Shown here: in pieces, positions 27,811 to 32,357 of the stretch
Layout of the letters: every line of letters begins with the position of its first letter
Position numbering within the stretch: the stretch's first letter is position 1
Made by a program: the position numbers and the translations under genes
Notes under the pieces: model-generated
Database searches by the model: none
The model's input: only the letters and a program-made list of their open reading frames with translations
What the model was told of the DNA's origin: nothing
Origin: a virus
Taxonomy: Duplodnaviria > Heunggongvirae > Uroviricota > Caudoviricetes
Direction: 5' to 3' (one strand)
IMG/VR virus record: IMGVR_UViG_2675903665_000002
Length of the DNA stretch: 32,357 bases

Positions 27811-27851
27811 AGTATTCAAAATCCATCAAATTCATCATGCATAATCTACTC

Positions 27852-27867
27852 GTGACATGTCACACTA
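27852..27867. repeat. 16-mer GTGACATGTCACACTA, copy 2 (palindromic core GTGACATGTCAC)
   Basis: Identical to 7817-7832. Overlaps the stop codon of gene 27860..28201 in a different frame context from copy 1, so conservation is at DNA level. Confidence 0.6.
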
Positions 27868-28201
27868 TTAATTTCGTTTCATGCCAGCCTTTAGTCACCC
27901 AGCATTGCGAGTCACCATTACACGGGCATGAATTCACAGGAACTCTCTCGCCGCACTTACCGCAACGTTTTCTGCTGATCGATTTTATACGCCCGCGCAC
28001 GCGTGCATCATCCTGGCGGATCAGTAACGCTATATACTCACCAAATTCGTAAGGCGCACGCCCGGGGCGACGCGTGGCACAGTTACGCTCCAGCATTTCA
28101 ATTTCCTGAGCATCAAGCACAATCTCCAGCTTACGTACACCGGATTCAGCTTGTCTGGCTCTCTGAGCGGCTTTGCGCTCTGCTGCTGATTTAGCCATCA
28201 A
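27860..28201 (-). CDS. Hypothetical Cys-rich (zinc-binding) protein immediately upstream of the late operon; possible late-gene regulator
   Basis: 113 aa with a basic N-terminus and a C-terminal CGKCGER...CPCNGDSQC cluster. Position is analogous to late activator or antiterminator genes. Confidence 0.4.
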   Translation of the reverse strand: MMAKSAAERKAAQRARQAESGVRKLEIVLDAQEIEMLERNCATRRPGRAPYEFGEYIALLIRQDDARVRGRIKSISRKRCGKCGERVPVNSCPCNGDSQCWVTKGWHETKLIV

Positions 28202-28225
28202 TATTCACCTTTATTGCGAACATAC

Positions 28226-28447
28226 TTAGCTGTGTGTTGCCGATGTGCGGAGATTCTCTTCTATCAATTCCACGCATTCTGACCGACGAACAAATAATTC
28301 GTCTCCGTTATGAATTACGACATAGCCGTAAGCGGTTTTACGCATCACATCGAACTCATCCCATACGGAAATACCGCACTCTGCTAACGAGCAATCCAAA
28401 TAATCTTCCGGATGCTTGTCGGTGTTATTAATGATGCGAATCCTCAA
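28226..28447 (-). CDS. Hypothetical protein (73 aa)
   Basis: ORF in the nin-like region; no family recognised. Confidence 0.35.
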   Translation of the reverse strand: MRIRIINNTDKHPEDYLDCSLAECGISVWDEFDVMRKTAYGYVVIHNGDELFVRRSECVELIEENLRTSATHS

Positions 28448-28477
28448 ATCTTTTCACCTTTAAGGATAAGTTGCATG

Positions 28478-29398
28478 TTAGCCACGGTTAACCTCCTGCG
28501 GCGGTTCTGGTAGCGGCATCCAGTGGGTTACTCCATGCCATATACCAGTTAAGATTTCAAACCTTGGCTCTCTGCCTTTCTGTGTCTTGGCATATTCATT
28601 TCTTGTATATACGCATTGTCTAACTGCATATCCATTCCATCCAATAACTGTTTGTCTGATTTCAGGCATTCGCTCACTACAGCTTATCCAACCATCCGGA
28701 GTTACCGGAACTTGCGGAATGGCTGTCTGCTCTCGAACGTCATTAGGCGCTATCGGTTCTGCTGCCAACTGACTGGCATATTTGTTAATGGTAACGATAA
28801 GCTCTTGCTCAGCCTCATCCAGACAATCACCGATACCTCGCCTGTCACCGTCAAAATCATCGAAATCGGCACGAATCCTGGCAACCTTCAGGATTGCGGA
28901 CAACACCTCACTAGGAATTGCCGGATAGTTGGTTGACGTTTCCGAGATTTCCCGAAAATTATTGGTTGACGAATTCTTGTTTTCCCGAAAGTTTCCGGAC
29001 TGAAGCATGGCGGCGCGGCAGGCGTTCCATATTTCGGCAGCAATATCGCGCTCGCTATCGGTTAATTTGTACGTTGAAACATAGCCAGAGAGCATTTCTA
29101 CGTTTTCCGGAGTTGCTTCTTCAGGCACTACCGGTGCTGGAGGGGCGGCGTAAATGCCCTCTATCACTAAATGTTTGCGCTCAAAATCATCTGGCTCTCG
29201 ATGATATACGTAACTCCAATCACCAAGGTTATCATTGCGCCTGCAACGGAAACCTATCGGCTCTGCTTCCAGCGATGCCAGCGCAATCCGTGCCAGTTCT
29301 TCCGCTTCTTCTGCTGGCAGTACAACGTTGCTACCAGGTCCGTATGTTTCGCGCCACTGCTTGATTGTCAGTAGTCGCTCTTTGGTTATAGTGGTCAT
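28478..29398 (-). CDS. Phage protein with C-terminal DUF551-like domain
   Basis: C-terminal ...ILTGIWHGVTHWMPLPEPP resembles the DUF551 proteins common in enterobacterial prophages. Confidence 0.55.
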   Translation of the reverse strand: MTTITKERLLTIKQWRETYGPGSNVVLPAEEAEELARIALASLEAEPIGFRCRRNDNLGDWSYVYHREPDDFERKHLVIEGIYAAPPAPVVPEEATPENVEMLSGYVSTYKLTDSERDIAAEIWNACRAAMLQSGNFRENKNSSTNNFREISETSTNYPAIPSEVLSAILKVARIRADFDDFDGDRRGIGDCLDEAEQELIVTINKYASQLAAEPIAPNDVREQTAIPQVPVTPDGWISCSERMPEIRQTVIGWNGYAVRQCVYTRNEYAKTQKGREPRFEILTGIWHGVTHWMPLPEPPQEVNRG

Positions 29399-29408
29399 TT
29401 GTTATGCC

Positions 29409-29606
29409 TCAATACACGAAATCTGTTTTAAATTCATGGTTACATTCTGGACAGCATGTTTCGTAACCTTTTATTTCTTCACATGCCTGTTTAGCTCCAG
29501 AAAACTCCCAGAAATCAGCATCACAAAGCAGATCGAAATTGTGACCGCATTTTGGGCATTCGGTATCAAGTGACAGATTCCAGTAAGCAGTGGTGTTTTT
29601 ATCCAT
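29409..29606 (-). CDS. Small zinc-ribbon protein (65 aa)
   Basis: CPKCG...CCPECNH four-Cys arrangement. Confidence 0.45.
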   Translation of the reverse strand: MDKNTTAYWNLSLDTECPKCGHNFDLLCDADFWEFSGAKQACEEIKGYETCCPECNHEFKTDFVY

Positions 29607-29607
29607 A

Positions 29608-30210
29608 TCACTCTCCTTTGATGCGAATGTCAGCGACGCGTAATGCGTGTTCTAGGTCAATCAGGTAAAGCCAACTGCCATTTTCTTTAGGTATCATGAC
29701 TTGTCGCTCATCTGCATTTATCGGGTGTCCATATCGAAGGTCGTAGCGAGTCGGTAATTGAACTTCCCGCGCTTCCAGTTCAGCAATACGCTTGCACCCA
29801 TCAGAGATAACTCCCTCGTAATACTCGCGCTGCTCGTTGAGTTTTGATTTTGCTGCTTCAAGCTCAACGCGCAGCTTCCCTACCGTTAACGCAATATCCT
29901 CGTTCTCCTTGTCGCGGGATTTGATGTATTGCTGGTTTCTTTCCCGTTCATCCAGCAGTGCCAGCACGGTAGCTGGATTGGCTGCGGCGATGAATTCAGC
30001 ATTGGCCTGCTGCTCCATTTGGAAATCTTCATAGAAACGGCTTTCTGGATGCGCTCCTTCAATTCTGCAAATGGGAATATATCCAGCAACTTCACGATGA
30101 ATTAGTGCATCATCACCATCAAATCGGCCATCTCCATATTCGAGCGACCACTCGCCACACGTTGCTTTCTCTGCCGCCTCACGCAGTGCCTGATAGTCAA
30201 TCTTGCTCAC
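29608..30210 (-). CDS. Ead/Ea22-like early protein
   Basis: Segment AEFIAAANPATVLALLDERE is characteristic of the Ea22-like family of lambdoid prophages. Confidence 0.6.
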   Translation of the reverse strand: MSKIDYQALREAAEKATCGEWSLEYGDGRFDGDDALIHREVAGYIPICRIEGAHPESRFYEDFQMEQQANAEFIAAANPATVLALLDERERNQQYIKSRDKENEDIALTVGKLRVELEAAKSKLNEQREYYEGVISDGCKRIAELEAREVQLPTRYDLRYGHPINADERQVMIPKENGSWLYLIDLEHALRVADIRIKGE

Positions 30211-30638
30211 TGGATGACTCCTTTACGAAGCTGTTCAGCAATACTTACGCATATCTCTGCGCCTCTAATCAGCCCCGGAACGTTCTTGTTTGGCCCAACT
30301 TCACCATCAACAAAATCAATCATCGCGTTACGAGCCATATCCACGCCCTGCGCCCGCACTTCAGCCAGGAAAGCGTCGGTGGCTGGGGTTTCCGTGAAGT
30401 TGTCCTCCCAACCGTAGTACTCCTGACGACAGAAGTTATTAAATTCCTTCTCCGACTGTTTAAGCCCCGCATTCTCCGCCGCCAGCGCATTAGCACGCAC
30501 CAGTTGCACTTCCAGTTGCGTTGCCAAATCGCTGATCAGCTTTGCCACACTGCGCATATCAACGGCACCACATTCTGCTTTCAGTTCCGAAGCCATCTCA
30601 TGCCCGGCGGCAACTAACCCTTTGATATTACTTTCCAT
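30207..30638 (-). CDS. Hypothetical protein (143 aa)
   Basis: ORF with start/stop coupling to its neighbours. Confidence 0.45.
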   Translation of the reverse strand: MESNIKGLVAAGHEMASELKAECGAVDMRSVAKLISDLATQLEVQLVRANALAAENAGLKQSEKEFNNFCRQEYYGWEDNFTETPATDAFLAEVRAQGVDMARNAMIDFVDGEVGPNKNVPGLIRGAEICVSIAEQLRKGVIQ

Positions 30639-30699
30639 CTTTACCCTCGCTTATCCACATAACTTATTGATTACACTGATAACTAAAAAGATCGTCGAT

Positions 30700-31044
30700 T
30701 CAGAACTCTTCGATGTTCCAGCCACCACCTGCTTTCTTTGGTTTAACCGTTACCCCGATGATTCGGAACGGATACTGATCTGCGGCGACTTTGGTTTTCA
30801 CCCTGGCGTCGTCGGTCCAGAAACCTTTCACTTCGTGCAGTTCCATCTCGCCGGTGGCGAGCATCACAGCAAAATCGGGCGTATAGAACGTGTTGTCAGC
30901 TAACCGCAGCTTGATACCCTCAAATCGATACCAGACGATTTCTCCTGCACGTTTACGCAGCTCAAGGTGCTGGCAATACGCAGATTCTGTTTTGTTCATC
31001 TGTCCTGTTTTGAGTCGACCAAGAGCCTGTATCTGTTTTCTCAT
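30700..31044 (-). CDS. Putative PD-(D/E)XK-type nuclease (114 aa), NinG/RusA-like position
   Basis: D...E-x-K arrangement (TPDFAV...ELHEVKG). Start codon lies 4 nt from an operator that embeds the SD. Confidence 0.4.
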   Translation of the reverse strand: MRKQIQALGRLKTGQMNKTESAYCQHLELRKRAGEIVWYRFEGIKLRLADNTFYTPDFAVMLATGEMELHEVKGFWTDDARVKTKVAADQYPFRIIGVTVKPKKAGGGWNIEEF

Positions 31045-31047
31045 GAT

Positions 31048-31124
31048 TTACCCCTGAGGTAATTAAAAACCACATAAGACACGAAATCAATAGATTTTAG
31101 AATATTTTATTACCTAACGGGTAA
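31048..31124. promoter_or_regulatory. Two perfect operators between the P-like gene and the downstream nuclease-like gene
   Basis: TTACCcctgaGGTAA at 31048-31062 and TTACCtaacgGGTAA at 31110-31124. Confidence 0.65.
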
Positions 31125-31161
31125 TTATCGAAACGTAAAAAAATGCGCTATCGCGCTGGTA

Positions 31162-31938
31162 TTACTTGATAAATCCTGCCGCCTTTCCTCGCCTGTATTC
31201 CTCCATCAGCCACTGCGCCGGTGTTATTCCCCCAAGGGTGGCGGCGTTAGGCATGCACCCGAAACTTCGCCCTGGTGGATGGTAAACGTCTCTCCCTGTG
31301 TCCGGAGGCGTACTCATGGGTTCTGGCTTTGCCTGTATGCTGATCACCGGATCGGGTATCTGCTGTCCGGAAGCCACCTTTTTCGCCCAATCATCGAGCA
31401 GCCTGCGCGCGTGTTTCTCAACCTCTATCTCGCTAAGCTGGCGCTGATACATTGCACGGCGGGTATCACATACGACCCAGTACATAACCGGATGCCGCCA
31501 CGGGAATCTTTCGGGACCACCAGGATATAAACTTTTTTCCTTGCTGTACCGGTGAAACTCCGTCATCACATCGTCAATGGTAACGCCAAGAACCATCTTG
31601 CTGTCTTTACACCACTTGATGAATTGCCCTGGCGACGGCCAGAACGGAGATTCACTGGCGCGGGCGTGGCGCATACCAGCGTTAACCTGTTCCATTGTAG
31701 TGATCCCATTCTCCAGAAACGCAAGCATCCATTGCTTACGGAATTCATTAAGTTTGTTCTGCTCCCTTATGGTCGAAACGCTTGCAGGAAATGCAGCCTG
31801 TAACTGGACAAATAGTTCATTGAAAATTCTAGCAACCTGCTCCTTTTTGCCATTGCTGTCACGCCGCTCTTCATGCACAGCAACACCATGCTCACGTAAG
31901 CGATCGTACTCATTGAGAAGTTCTGGAGTTGATTTCAT
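31162..31938 (-). CDS. P: Replication protein P-like (helicase loader)
   Basis: Segment ...FPASVSTIREQNKLNEFRKQWMLAFLENGITTMEQVNAGMRHARASESPFWPSPGQFIKWC closely resembles the lambda P sequence as remembered. Confidence 0.85.
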   Translation of the reverse strand: MKSTPELLNEYDRLREHGVAVHEERRDSNGKKEQVARIFNELFVQLQAAFPASVSTIREQNKLNEFRKQWMLAFLENGITTMEQVNAGMRHARASESPFWPSPGQFIKWCKDSKMVLGVTIDDVMTEFHRYSKEKSLYPGGPERFPWRHPVMYWVVCDTRRAMYQRQLSEIEVEKHARRLLDDWAKKVASGQQIPDPVISIQAKPEPMSTPPDTGRDVYHPPGRSFGCMPNAATLGGITPAQWLMEEYRRGKAAGFIK

Positions 31939-32357
31939 CCCACACCCCTTCTATCCAGTCAGTGTTATTCCAGTCAAGCTCATCGCTTTTCCCGGCATTT
32001 TTTGATTTTCCCCTGATATGATTTACGTGCCTGGCGAATTTTTGTTCCCACTGAACCTGCGTGAACACTTTGCCCTCAGCCATCCAGTAATCCCGGAATG
32101 CAGCAAGTTCAGCAGGTGTAAATTCCGGTTCCGGCAGGGCCGTTCCCCACAGCGCAGCACGCCGCCGAAAATCTGGCGACGGTAGCCAGCCATCTGTCAT
32201 CGGAAATTTCCCGATGGGTTCACTCAGGCCATCCAGAAATTCAGGTTCTGCCACCTGCAACGGCGTACTGTTCGCTTCACTGGTCGGAGCACCCTCGCGC
32301 ACGTGCGCTATGTGTGGGGTTTTATATATATCTTCCTCTTCCTCTTCCTCTGGTAAC
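31910..32357 (-). CDS. Replication initiation protein, O-like, C-terminal part; continues from 1..409 across the junction
   Basis: ORF 31910..32302 has no credible start of its own (GTG) and stays open upstream through the poly-Glu codons. Frame matches the 1..409 segment. Confidence 0.7.
   Translation of the reverse strand, partial: LPEEEEEEDIYKTPHIAHVREGAPTSEANSTPLQVAEPEFLDGLSEPIGKFPMTDGWLPSPDFRRRAALWGTALPEPEFTPAELAAFRDYWMAEGKVFTQVQWEQKFARHVNHIRGKSKNAGKSDELDWNNTDWIEGVWDEINSRTSQ

Larger units (their letters stand above)
1..32357. mobile_element. Temperate phage / prophage-like genome, apparently circular (26-nt identical termini); lambdoid early region plus podovirus-type morphogenesis module
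   Basis: Positions 1-26 equal 32332-32357. Gene content: terminase, portal, scaffold, capsid, internal virion proteins, O/P-like replication, Bet/RecE-like, repressor/Cro/antirepressor, tRNA. Confidence 0.85.

Noticed and set aside
27145-27819. ORF-track start of terS at 27819
   Set aside because: That start is a TTG and would make the operator and candidate promoter coding sequence; the ATG at 27741 with an SD gives a typical small-terminase N-terminus.
28453-28467. Weak operator-like site TCACCtttaaGGATA
   Set aside because: Only 7/10 match to the consensus half-sites; not distinguishable from chance.
1-32357. CRISPR array, integrase or transposase
   Set aside because: No spaced direct-repeat array and no recombinase-like ORF were found on reading both strands. 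The AlpA-like gene alone is not evidence of an integration module.

Overview
This window reads as an essentially complete temperate podovirus-like phage genome, about 32.3 kb, with an Enterobacteriaceae-type mosaic. The first and last 26 nt are identical, so the molecule appears circular or circularly permuted, with a true length near 32,331 bp. A lambda-like replication initiator gene is split across the window junction. The + strand carries an early-left operon: a tandem-HTH repressor-like gene, a RecE-like exonuclease, a Bet/RecT annealing protein, an AlpA-like regulator, an MT-A70-type adenine methyltransferase and an antirepressor. The - strand carries a long operon that wraps the junction: Cro-like gene, Zn-finger protein, O-like and P-like replication genes, a nin-like block (Ea22-like, DUF551), terminase small and large subunits, portal, scaffold, capsid, tail tubular A/B-like proteins and four internal virion proteins, one with a lytic transglycosylase domain. 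An argU-like tRNA-Arg(UCU) sits in its own transcription unit. Three AT-rich accessory islands stand out: a translationally coupled two-gene operon (6725-7550), a two-TM coiled-coil membrane protein (24858-25676) and a secreted protein (7830-8390). The most striking sequence-level signal is a palindromic 15-17 bp motif, aTTACC-N5-GGTAAt, present as at least eight perfect and several near-perfect copies at nearly every promoter region, including the accessory operons, the tRNA unit and the terminase promoter. No integrase, holin/endolysin cassette, tail fibre/tailspike or partition genes were recognisable. All calls rest on reading the sequence and remembered protein families; no database search was run.
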